From a virus, in IMG/VR virus record IMGVR_UViG_3300028559_000033, positions 4,613-68,612 of that record: a stretch of DNA of 64,000 nucleotides. The stretch is one strand, 5' to 3'. This document shows positions 7,464 to 16,362 of the stretch, piece by piece. Every line of letters begins with the position of its first letter. The first letter of the stretch is position 1. The position numbers and the translations under genes are program-made. The notes under the pieces are model-generated. The model did not search any database, was not told where the DNA came from, and saw only the letters and a program-made list of their open reading frames with translations.

Positions 7464-7601
7464 TCAATACCCGTATCTAGAAATCATTTGCTCCATTCTA
7501 TCTTCACGATAGTCATCCTCTTCAAAATCATTACTCTGAACATCTTGCAGTTCTTCGTAAATCTCATCTGCAGTCATTTCATAGAATAAATCAGAAGCCA
7601 T
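7464..7601 (-). CDS. Small acidic hypothetical protein (45 aa)
   Basis: Read by hand: MASDLFYEMTADEIYEELQDVQSNDFEEDDYREDRMEQMISRYGY*, with a GGAGG ribosome binding site and TAAATA at 7625-7630. Confidence 0.6.
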   Translation of the reverse strand: MASDLFYEMTADEIYEELQDVQSNDFEEDDYREDRMEQMISRYGY

Positions 7602-7651
7602 AACTATCCTCCAAAATTATATTGTATTTAGTATACATATTTCTTAAAAAG

Positions 7652-7677
7652 AAAAAAGGCAGAGTTCCAAGTCTGCC
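7652..7677 (-). terminator. Intrinsic terminator
   Basis: GGCAGA-loop-TCTGCC followed by TTTTTT on the minus strand. Confidence 0.75.
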
Positions 7678-7747
7678 AAATATGTATAATCGCATATTAC
7701 CACCACTAGACGAGACCGAAATCTCGAAACTACAGAGACTTCAGGAC
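7652..7747 (-). ncRNA. Candidate ~95-nt small RNA
   Basis: Own promoter (7754-7782), a UUCG-loop hairpin (7711-7726), a second hairpin and an intrinsic terminator; no convincing ORF. Confidence 0.45.
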
Positions 7748-7753
7748 CTTTCT

Positions 7754-7782
7754 AATATAGGGCCTATGATACGAGAAGTCAA
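7754..7782 (-). promoter_or_regulatory. sigma70-like promoter
   Basis: TTGACT-17 nt-TATATT. Confidence 0.65.
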
Positions 7783-7803
7783 GTCTTAGGAATTATGTAA
7801 AAT

Positions 7804-7831
7804 TTGACAACTCTCTCAAACCCATTATAAT
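7804..7831 (+). promoter_or_regulatory. Consensus sigma70 promoter pointing antisense into late genes
   Basis: TTGACA-16 nt-TATAAT. Confidence 0.6.
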
Positions 7832-7863
7832 AAATCTGTTGATTTCAAGCCTATCTAGAACCT

Positions 7864-8016
7864 TTAGTCCTCTAGTTCAGATAGAGCCTGTAAAGCTCCT
7901 TCAAGACGAACAAATTCTTCTTTCTTCACATTGAAAGCTCTCTCCATTTCCAATAACTCATCTCGGAGTTTAGTTGCTCTCTCAGTGATAGTTTCAGTCA
8001 ATTGTTTTTTATTCAT
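7864..8016 (-). CDS. Small coiled-coil protein (50 aa) after the tail fibre gene
   Basis: Read by hand: MNKKQLTETITERATKLRDELLEMERAFNVKKEEFVRLEGALQALSELED*; exact TATAAATA at 8041-8048 upstream. Confidence 0.7.
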   Translation of the reverse strand: MNKKQLTETITERATKLRDELLEMERAFNVKKEEFVRLEGALQALSELED

Positions 8017-8051
8017 ATTGAATTTAAATAATTACGAATGTATTTATATGA

Positions 8052-11000
8052 TTAGTAACGAATAATAGGAATCATTTGTCCTGTATATGGACTCACTCCA
8101 CCTAAAGAACTTGGAGCAATTACAGGATAATATGCGAGTAAATTGGGTAGTTGTCCATTGCGACCATAAGTTCCACGTAAAAGAACTCGGAGTTCCTGTA
8201 ACAATATAGCATCAACTCCTTGACAAACTCCATTAATAGGAATATCCCCACCATTACAAATTAGATACCCTGGAGGTGCATATTGAATTACTGCAGAAAA
8301 TCCATAATCTCTTAAGTTTGCTCCTCCAGAAAATGGGCTGTATTCATAAGAGTTTGCCACATATCCAACTGAACCGAGAGGACCACCAGGAAAGTCCCAC
8401 TTAACTCCAGATGGTTGTGTACTATCCGCAGTTAAAATGTTTCTATTTGCACCTACAGTTAATCTAATTGCTGAGTTATCAGCAGAACCGATAAACAAAT
8501 CACCTTTAGCATTCCAATCCACATTTGAACTAATTGAACCTTGACCACCTAAAGCAATAATGAAGCAAGAAGTTGCTGCTAATGGAGCAACTGTGAATCG
8601 AATTATATTTGTATTATTCTGTCCAGTCATCACAATTACATAATCAGTTCCTGGTTGCTTAATTACTCCACCTAAAGATACTAATAAGTTTGCAGGTCCA
8701 CCAGCAGGAATAAAGTTTACACCATTAATTCTTAAATTGAAATCTGTAGAGCTATTATTAAATCCAGATGAAATATCATCACAAACCAATGAATTTCCAA
8801 CAGGAGCATCACCAGAAACAGAAGCAATGTTTGCAGGAATAAATCCCAATGCAGATGTGACTTCACGAGAGGTTACAAAATCTTGAGTTCCATCTGACCT
8901 GAGGAATTTATACGTCAGAATTGAATTTAACGTTCCACTTTGTGGAGATAGTGTTGTGAATTTCTGAGCAAATATACCACTCGCAGAAGAAACCGTAGTT
9001 ATTCCTGTAAGTACAGAATTACCAGAAATATTCAATCTACTTCCAGAAATTTCACCTCCAATAAATGAAGTTCCAGTAATTGCTCCAGCAGTTAGAGAAT
9101 TTGAGAACAAATTAAGAGTGGTATTATCAAATGTTGCACGAAGATTAGAACCATTTGTAAATAGATTAAATGCACCTTGACTACGAAGTGCTAATCCAGA
9201 GGCACTTCCAGAACCTAAGGCAGAACCTTGACCCAGATAACCAATAGTTCCTGTTCCAGTAACTGCAAATCTTAAATATGAAACTCCATTAGGTCCTTCA
9301 AAAGAACCATATGAATCACTTCCTAGAGAAAGAACGGACAACTTACCAAAATTAGAGCCACCAGAACTTGTGGTTCCTAATCCTAAAGTATTATTGATAT
9401 ATGAACTTCCACCAATACTCAGAGTATTATAAATTGAGGTAGCACCAGAAGGCTCAACTTTTATTTTGGTGTCTATATCAAAGTTTTCATTTCCGTATGG
9501 AACTATTGTAGTTGGAGAAGCTAATTTCCAAGAATACCCATCACTGGTATCAATTCCCGCATACCATCTACGATTTGCGTTCGCATTTGTAATGTCCCAA
9601 GACAGCACAACATCTCCAGTACCAGCCTGAGTAAGTCTTAGATGCCCACCCTTAGTATTGACGCCTGAACTATTTTGAAACACTGTAACGGTTCCTGAGC
9701 TTCCTACACGAACTCTTTCAGTGTTTCCAGTTAATAGTCGTATATCTGAACCATTATCAATAGTATTCAGATTTAGAGAACCTGACCCTCTATGAATTAG
9801 CTCGGAACCCACACTTCCAATTCCAGAATTACGAATCAATCTCAATCCAAAATCTGAGAAAACTCGGCTATCATTATTCAAATCAAGATATGAGTTTTGA
9901 TTTGTATTACCCACACCAAGACGAACGATACTCGCATTGGTAACATATGCTGTTGCAACTCCAGAAGACCTTATAGAAGTGATGGCTACATTACCACTGG
10001 ATAGACTTAAATCGGAAGAGAGTGTAAGATTTGAAGATACAAGAGTGTTATTATTATTGGAAGTTAAAACTAGACTTCCAAATTTTGTATCAATCGTATT
10101 TGAATTTGCCATTCCAACACGAATATTATTGGTCTCAATACTATTACTGAACAGAACAACATTGGGGTCATTTGGAAGTACCTTCTGAATAAACACATTA
10201 TTATTAAATGTAGATACTCCAACTACTTCTAGTTGATTTAATTTTGACGTTCCAGTTTGATGTATTTGACTATAATCTGTACTAACTCCAGAAAAATATG
10301 CAGTTTTATTAATATAAATATCCTCAAAATTAACATCACTCAAAGTGACTGCTTGAGAAAAAGAAACATTTCCAGTAACAACTAGATTATCAATTTGAGC
10401 AGACCCTACAACATTCAATCTAAATGAATTTGTTGGATTAACTCCAATTCCGAGTTTATCTACACGAAGACTTAATTGATTTGGTTCAATACTAATAGGT
10501 CCCCAGGGTCTCCAAGTATTACCTTTGTAAACATATCCAATATGATTTACATTAATTGGGTCTAATTCATATGAAACGTATCCAGATTTTGGATTTGCAA
10601 GAGTATTGGTGGTTGGTGTAGATATTCCAACGGTAAATAACTTATCGGTAGAATTCGAAACAGACCTCAAAGAAATATTTCTAGCCAATATTCCTTCTGA
10701 AGAAAGATTGGTTAGTCTTCTATTGAAACTTGCTGGTCCATAGAACTGAGAACTCTGGTCGTTATTCTCTCCACCCTCTACGGTAATTCTATTTCGTACT
10801 AATATCTCATCATACACTCCAGTCTGACGAGAGGAACTGGTACTATCTACGTCATCTCCAGTATATGTTAGAATTGGAGATTCAACGATGGTTTCTTTTC
10901 CTGTAGTAGATGAAACTTTTTTACCTCCAGTAAAACTATCTCCAGAATCATTAATACCATCATAAACAATCAAACCACCTTGTTCTTTTCTAGTCTGAGC

Positions 11001-14000
11001 TAAGAATACTTCAGTTTCACTTAATACTCTGTCCTGTCTTTGTGGTAGTGCAGTAGAATAATTTCCTGGTCCCCATCCGACATAATCAAAAGTATGACCA
11101 GAAGCAAATAGGAAGGATGGTCTTCTTAGTTCTGTGGGAATGACTTCTATCTTTTTAACTAGTGTACCTGAAATTGCATCTGTTCTAGGAGTTCCCAACT
11201 GACCACGAATTACATAAATTTGATTAGTATTCGGATATCTGGATACTCTAAGAATTTCATTGTTTATGGATATATAATCACCTTGTACAAATGTGGTAAA
11301 GTTAGTTACTGTAATCGTAGTTTCTAAATTCGTATTTTTTACTAATGCCGCACCTAAAGTTGTAACTGCTCCAGAATAGAATACATTTCCTCGTGAAACT
11401 AAATTCTCCTCAGACTTTCCAACAGGTAAATCGTTTGAAGAAACTGCATATTTTAATAATGTACCAGAAACTGGAGTTCTTGTGGTTGTTGCAACTCCAA
11501 CATTTATGGAGAACGTAGTAGTTCCAACTCCACTACTTACAACAAAATTCTTATTATCATAAAAACTCAAATCTGACCTAGTGAATTTGAATTTATTTCC
11601 AACTACAAATCCGTGTGAAGCTCTAGTGACCACTGTAGCCAGTCCAACACTTATATTGGATAAGGTCATAGAATTTATTCCAACTCCAGGACCACCAATA
11701 ACACCTATGGGAAGCTTTCCATTAGTATTTCTTGAATATGTAGAAATACCACTTGGAGAATATAGTACAATAGACTTCTTACTAGGAACACTTAGAATTT
11801 CGTATACGTCATTAATACTTGCTGGAGTTGCACCTAAGATTTGTAGAGAATCCCCGATATTATTATTGATGTCCGTAATTTCTAGCACAGCATTTGAAGG
11901 AATACCACCAAGAACTCCAAGTTGTTCTCCTACAGTATGACCAGTTCCTGCATCTACAAGTCTAAATGAACTTGGAATAATTTGACCACTTCCGTCAGTT
12001 GAAACTTTACAAGTAGGATTTTCTTCGCTAAACTTCAAGTCTAACAGTTCTCTAGAATAGAATGTACTGTTTATTCCATATCCCGCACCAACTGTAAGAA
12101 AGTTCACACTCTTAATGGAGTTTAACTTGTGTTCTACATCAGTAAAAAGTGTGAGAGTGGTATTACCCAAACCACTTAAGGTAATATTGGTAATTCCAAA
12201 TCCAACTTTAGTATTTTGAAGATAATCAATAAGAGATTCTAATGTAATAGAATTCTTTTTATTATCTGTTGCAACTTTACCAATAATGGATAAATCCGCA
12301 AAACTCACTGCAGGATTTGGGTCAGATACTGCATTGTCTCTATCTATTTGTGGATATAAATTGCGAATATCTTGAGAGAAATACTTATTAGATAATCCAT
12401 ATCCTACATTGGGAGAAATTCCAACTGAGGATTTGATAATGGTTAAATGATATACTCCGTCCTGTCCTTGAGTTCCAGGAATGTATGATTTAATTTCATC
12501 TATATCATAAATATAGAATTTTTCTTTATATGATTGACGAGAAACTGAAGGTATACCATCTCTTTGTTGTCTTGTGGTTCTAGAATCTACTAAATTTGTA
12601 AACGAACCTGGATTTATTTTCAGTCCGTCTAGTCTATATGTGAAAATTCTAGAAGATGGAGTGTCTAGAACAGAATAAGAACCATTGTAAGTACTTACAA
12701 TTCCAATTCCAGATGAGTTGTTGGTACTTCTAATATTATTTAATTTAACTATATCTCCGGGAACAAATCTGTGTGGTAATTCTGTAGTAACCGTAACCAA
12801 CTGAGAACCGCTCACAGTGCCTGCAGCACTTACTCCCACAATAACTCTATCATTTCTAAGTTCAGTAGAGTTTAAAATTGGACTTGCTTCAGATACGCTT
12901 GCCGTTGTGATTGCTACATTATCACTTTCTTGTATGATATATCCAAGTTGTGGTGGTCTTGCAGAAATGAATTCCTTTGGAATCACATAACGAAGTTTAT
13001 AGATACTATCGTCAATTGAACGAAGCTCAGAAATTCTATTAATGTATGTTACAGGAGTCTCATTTCCAAATGTACTTACATCATAGGTTAAAATCTTAGT
13101 GTATATTTCATTTATTGATGTAGAAGCAGTGTTCAGATACCACTGTAGATTTACAGAATCCCATTGAATTGGGTGTCCAAAATCTCCAGGAATTTTATCC
13201 GTAACTGAACTTACTATTGTAATAACTCCACCACTTCTGGTTAATCCAAGAATTGGAATATTAGATTGCGCATCAGACAAAGACAGTGCTAATTTAATCT
13301 GATTTGAAGATAATGTATTGTCTACTGTATTTGTAATTGCATAATATAAAGTATCGGAAGCAACTCCATCAAAAACTTGTCCAGTATCACTGAACAATCT
13401 AAGATTTTCTCCAGAAAATAGATTATGATTTTGAGTTAGTGTGATAATATTGCTTGTGGAAATATTATTTAAATTCCCACTTCTAGAGATTGTATATTCT
13501 TTTCTTGCAACCAGTCCTTCTTGACCATTTGGTGTGGCCATATAGATTGGAGATGAGTATGTAATCTGAGATTCGGTTAAAAATAATTTAGCTGAAACTC
13601 GGGCACCAATTTTATATCCTTCCAGTTTATAATTCGGAAGAACATTAATATCATTATATGAGTAGAGATATAATTTTTTAGCGTCTGCAACTGATTGAGT
13701 TTTAGGAATATCCAAAGATACCCAGGAGATTTGATTCTCAACTGAAGAGAGTTCTTTTGGAGGAATGATGTGAGTGATATATCCAGTATCATCTCTACTA
13801 AATGCTTCAGCTTTAAATCCAAGGCTACTTAATGCGTTTGCACCAAAGTTGGAATTAGCATTAGTAATTCGAATATCTCCACCACTTTCAGATACAAATT
13901 GCTCTGCATATCCAATAGCAAAAACTGAAACTGCCTGAACGAATGCATTATTCGTGACTTTAATATGAAAGTTTTCGTATTCTGGCTTGTATATCGCTCT

Positions 14001-15389
14001 TGAGTTTTGATATAATGGCCTCAATTTACTGGAACTAGGAAGAGTTATATTGTCGTAATACACACCATTATCATATATGAGATATGCATTGTCGTCATTT
14101 TGTAATGAAATTCCAGTATATTCCTTTACCACCATAGACCTAAATCCAGTGGCCTTAGAGCCATCGGCAATCATACCACACATTCCTTTTGTGGATTTTA
14201 GAGAACACTCAGCAACATATGGAGATGAGGACGAAACAGTATCACTTTCTACCGATACTGTAGCTATATCAAATGAACTTGGTGCTGGTAATACTTCTGC
14301 AGGTAATATGGTTGTGACGTAAGTGAAGGTGTTAATTCCAACAACTTCTCTTACAGTAAATGTTCCATTATATGCAGTTGTAGATTCAGTAATTCCACGA
14401 ATCGTAATCTGAGTATCTACTGAAAAATTATGAGGAATTTCAGATTTGGATTGTAAATCTGCAGTCGTAACGGTAATAATACTATTGTCTCCAGTACCAT
14501 TTCCATTACCTGCTCGGATACTAGAAATACCTATTAGATTGTCCTGAAGAGGTCCAACAATACGATATTCTTCTACACTGGGCTCAAAATCTAAATTAGA
14601 AGGATAATCTTCAATATTTCTACCTGATAGACTATTATAAGCTCTAGTCAGCTTATAATAGTACATTTGTAAATCTGTGAGATTAGTTTGAGTTGCTCCC
14701 AATCTAACTGGATTTACTCCATCTGCAAATACAGCAGTAACTAACTTGTGATGTGAATATGTAGGAACACTTCTACTGTCAGAATAATTTTTATATGAGA
14801 ACTTACTTATATCCGCATCAAAAAATGTAACCTTATTCAGATAACATCCACCAGTAAGATTAAATATACTTGAACTTTCTACAGTGGAATCTGTTGGGTC
14901 AGGAACATACAGTGGTCTAATTTTTGTTTTACGTGGGTCTATTGCTTTAATAGAAGTTCCTTTGGGTAGAATTAATCCACCATTGACTGAGTTATACTTG
15001 TATAAATCATTGTTTGAATCAAAACTATCGAAATTTGTATTTTCTCCAAACGGGTCTAAGGTAACAACTGTCCAAGTATCAGGCCCAGTTCTTTTCTTAA
15101 ATACTGCGGCTCCATTTATATTTTCAACACTAAATCCTGGTCTATTGTCTATATAATGAACCGCAGGAGCTAGGAGAATTGTTGTTCTATCGTTTCTATC
15201 GTTATTTCTTCCTGGTTGATAACTAAAGACGGCACTTTCTAAAACTGCTCTAGCAATTGAAATAAATGGTCGGTTTGGAGACGTTCCTCTATTTTCTACA
15301 CCATCAGTAGCATCAAAATTATTTGGGTCTACATAGAGCTTGGCTCCAGTTGGGTCATTATTCAGATTTGCTAATCTAGAAAGAGCCAT
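8052..15389 (-). CDS. Giant virion structural / tail fibre protein (2445 aa)
   Basis: N-terminus LYVDP..FDATD..EN.G.S..RPF..I.RA typical of cyanomyovirus fibres; Ser/Thr/Gly-rich beta-strand body; C-terminal tail-collar-like PPGYLICNG...LPNL; TAAATA upstream. Confidence 0.8.
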   Translation of the reverse strand: MALSRLANLNNDPTGAKLYVDPNNFDATDGVENRGTSPNRPFISIARAVLESAVFSYQPGRNNDRNDRTTILLAPAVHYIDNRPGFSVENINGAAVFKKRTGPDTWTVVTLDPFGENTNFDSFDSNNDLYKYNSVNGGLILPKGTSIKAIDPRKTKIRPLYVPDPTDSTVESSSIFNLTGGCYLNKVTFFDADISKFSYKNYSDSRSVPTYSHHKLVTAVFADGVNPVRLGATQTNLTDLQMYYYKLTRAYNSLSGRNIEDYPSNLDFEPSVEEYRIVGPLQDNLIGISSIRAGNGNGTGDNSIITVTTADLQSKSEIPHNFSVDTQITIRGITESTTAYNGTFTVREVVGINTFTYVTTILPAEVLPAPSSFDIATVSVESDTVSSSSPYVAECSLKSTKGMCGMIADGSKATGFRSMVVKEYTGISLQNDDNAYLIYDNGVYYDNITLPSSSKLRPLYQNSRAIYKPEYENFHIKVTNNAFVQAVSVFAIGYAEQFVSESGGDIRITNANSNFGANALSSLGFKAEAFSRDDTGYITHIIPPKELSSVENQISWVSLDIPKTQSVADAKKLYLYSYNDINVLPNYKLEGYKIGARVSAKLFLTESQITYSSPIYMATPNGQEGLVARKEYTISRSGNLNNISTSNIITLTQNHNLFSGENLRLFSDTGQVFDGVASDTLYYAITNTVDNTLSSNQIKLALSLSDAQSNIPILGLTRSGGVITIVSSVTDKIPGDFGHPIQWDSVNLQWYLNTASTSINEIYTKILTYDVSTFGNETPVTYINRISELRSIDDSIYKLRYVIPKEFISARPPQLGYIIQESDNVAITTASVSEASPILNSTELRNDRVIVGVSAAGTVSGSQLVTVTTELPHRFVPGDIVKLNNIRSTNNSSGIGIVSTYNGSYSVLDTPSSRIFTYRLDGLKINPGSFTNLVDSRTTRQQRDGIPSVSRQSYKEKFYIYDIDEIKSYIPGTQGQDGVYHLTIIKSSVGISPNVGYGLSNKYFSQDIRNLYPQIDRDNAVSDPNPAVSFADLSIIGKVATDNKKNSITLESLIDYLQNTKVGFGITNITLSGLGNTTLTLFTDVEHKLNSIKSVNFLTVGAGYGINSTFYSRELLDLKFSEENPTCKVSTDGSGQIIPSSFRLVDAGTGHTVGEQLGVLGGIPSNAVLEITDINNNIGDSLQILGATPASINDVYEILSVPSKKSIVLYSPSGISTYSRNTNGKLPIGVIGGPGVGINSMTLSNISVGLATVVTRASHGFVVGNKFKFTRSDLSFYDNKNFVVSSGVGTTTFSINVGVATTTRTPVSGTLLKYAVSSNDLPVGKSEENLVSRGNVFYSGAVTTLGAALVKNTNLETTITVTNFTTFVQGDYISINNEILRVSRYPNTNQIYVIRGQLGTPRTDAISGTLVKKIEVIPTELRRPSFLFASGHTFDYVGWGPGNYSTALPQRQDRVLSETEVFLAQTRKEQGGLIVYDGINDSGDSFTGGKKVSSTTGKETIVESPILTYTGDDVDSTSSSRQTGVYDEILVRNRITVEGGENNDQSSQFYGPASFNRRLTNLSSEGILARNISLRSVSNSTDKLFTVGISTPTTNTLANPKSGYVSYELDPINVNHIGYVYKGNTWRPWGPISIEPNQLSLRVDKLGIGVNPTNSFRLNVVGSAQIDNLVVTGNVSFSQAVTLSDVNFEDIYINKTAYFSGVSTDYSQIHQTGTSKLNQLEVVGVSTFNNNVFIQKVLPNDPNVVLFSNSIETNNIRVGMANSNTIDTKFGSLVLTSNNNNTLVSSNLTLSSDLSLSSGNVAITSIRSSGVATAYVTNASIVRLGVGNTNQNSYLDLNNDSRVFSDFGLRLIRNSGIGSVGSELIHRGSGSLNLNTIDNGSDIRLLTGNTERVRVGSSGTVTVFQNSSGVNTKGGHLRLTQAGTGDVVLSWDITNANANRRWYAGIDTSDGYSWKLASPTTIVPYGNENFDIDTKIKVEPSGATSIYNTLSIGGSSYINNTLGLGTTSSGGSNFGKLSVLSLGSDSYGSFEGPNGVSYLRFAVTGTGTIGYLGQGSALGSGSASGLALRSQGAFNLFTNGSNLRATFDNTTLNLFSNSLTAGAITGTSFIGGEISGSRLNISGNSVLTGITTVSSASGIFAQKFTTLSPQSGTLNSILTYKFLRSDGTQDFVTSREVTSALGFIPANIASVSGDAPVGNSLVCDDISSGFNNSSTDFNLRINGVNFIPAGGPANLLVSLGGVIKQPGTDYVIVMTGQNNTNIIRFTVAPLAATSCFIIALGGQGSISSNVDWNAKGDLFIGSADNSAIRLTVGANRNILTADSTQPSGVKWDFPGGPLGSVGYVANSYEYSPFSGGANLRDYGFSAVIQYAPPGYLICNGGDIPINGVCQGVDAILLQELRVLLRGTYGRNGQLPNLLAYYPVIAPSSLGGVSPYTGQMIPIIRY

Positions 15390-15464
15390 CTACAATATAA
15401 CTATACTATACTCCTTATTTAGGAAAACGAAAGAAGTGTAATATAGTTATATGATTAACTAAAA

Positions 15465-15626
15465 TTAGTGAAATGCTCCTCGTAGTTCAGCTAATTTTGC
15501 GGTTGCTAAACTTTCAACTATAGTCCAATACGTTTCTCCACTTACTCGGTTTTCATCAGTAAAGTATTCAGCAGTATCTTCTTGAAGTTCTGTTAGGTCA
15601 ACAAATAAATCTGGGTCTAGGTGCAT
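15465..15626 (-). CDS. Small hypothetical protein (53 aa)
   Basis: Read by hand: MHLDPDLFVDLTELQEDTAEYFTDENRVSGETYWTIVESLATAKLAELRGAFH*. Confidence 0.65.
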   Translation of the reverse strand: MHLDPDLFVDLTELQEDTAEYFTDENRVSGETYWTIVESLATAKLAELRGAFH

Positions 15627-15651
15627 AAGTGTTCATACAGGGTACATATCT

Positions 15652-15680
15652 ATGTTATCACAGTTCAAATCCAATGTCAA
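15652..15680 (-). promoter_or_regulatory. sigma70-like promoter
   Basis: TTGACA-17 nt-TAACAT, directly upstream of the 53-aa ORF. Confidence 0.6.
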
Positions 15681-15684
15681 ATAT

Positions 15685-16335
15685 TTAGCATACACCATAT
15701 TTTTTAATGAGTTCTTGGTCTTCCTCTTCTTTTGTGAGAAATCCAGAAATCCTTGCCCAAGTTACAATTGAAAATCTTTCTCCAGATTTAACAGGATTTA
15801 CTCCGTGAACATAATTTTGGTCGGATGGAAATGCTACTAATAATCCAGGCTTAGGTTTAACTTGAATATGTAAGTCAGGAAATATAAGTTCTCCACCTTC
15901 AAAATCGTCATTCAAATATAATACAAACGTTAAATCTCTATCGGTAGATTTTCTCCAAATCTTATCTCCAGTAGGAGAAAGCCAGAGAGACCTTCCATCG
16001 ATATGAGGGCTATAATGACCACCCACGCCATATCTCAAACATTGTGGAAATTCACTGTCTCTTAATTTAACATCATAAAATGGATTAACAATATGAGAAA
16101 CAATATTTTTAAATAAATCTTCAATTTTGGGAACCAAATCATCAAATGGAATCATTTGAGTATCTCTAACTTTCTTATCTACCTCCCAAGAAGTTTTCCC
16201 AGTAGTATTCGTCTTCTCCGGGTCAAAGACTGATAAATCCTCATACGTAGAAGTTTTACAATGAGTTAACAATTCATCAATTGCTTCTGAAGTTAATACA
16301 TCTGATTCAATTAAAATATTAGACAATAAATTCAT
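15685..16335 (-). CDS. 2OG-Fe(II) oxygenase, prolyl 4-hydroxylase-like
   Basis: RY..GGHY.PHID, LYLNDDFEGGEL.F, HGV.PV.SGERFS: HxD...H facial triad plus the 2OG-binding Arg. Confidence 0.92.
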   Translation of the reverse strand: MNLLSNILIESDVLTSEAIDELLTHCKTSTYEDLSVFDPEKTNTTGKTSWEVDKKVRDTQMIPFDDLVPKIEDLFKNIVSHIVNPFYDVKLRDSEFPQCLRYGVGGHYSPHIDGRSLWLSPTGDKIWRKSTDRDLTFVLYLNDDFEGGELIFPDLHIQVKPKPGLLVAFPSDQNYVHGVNPVKSGERFSIVTWARISGFLTKEEEDQELIKKYGVC

Positions 16336-16362
16336 AGTATGAAATAAATACTAAGTTATATA

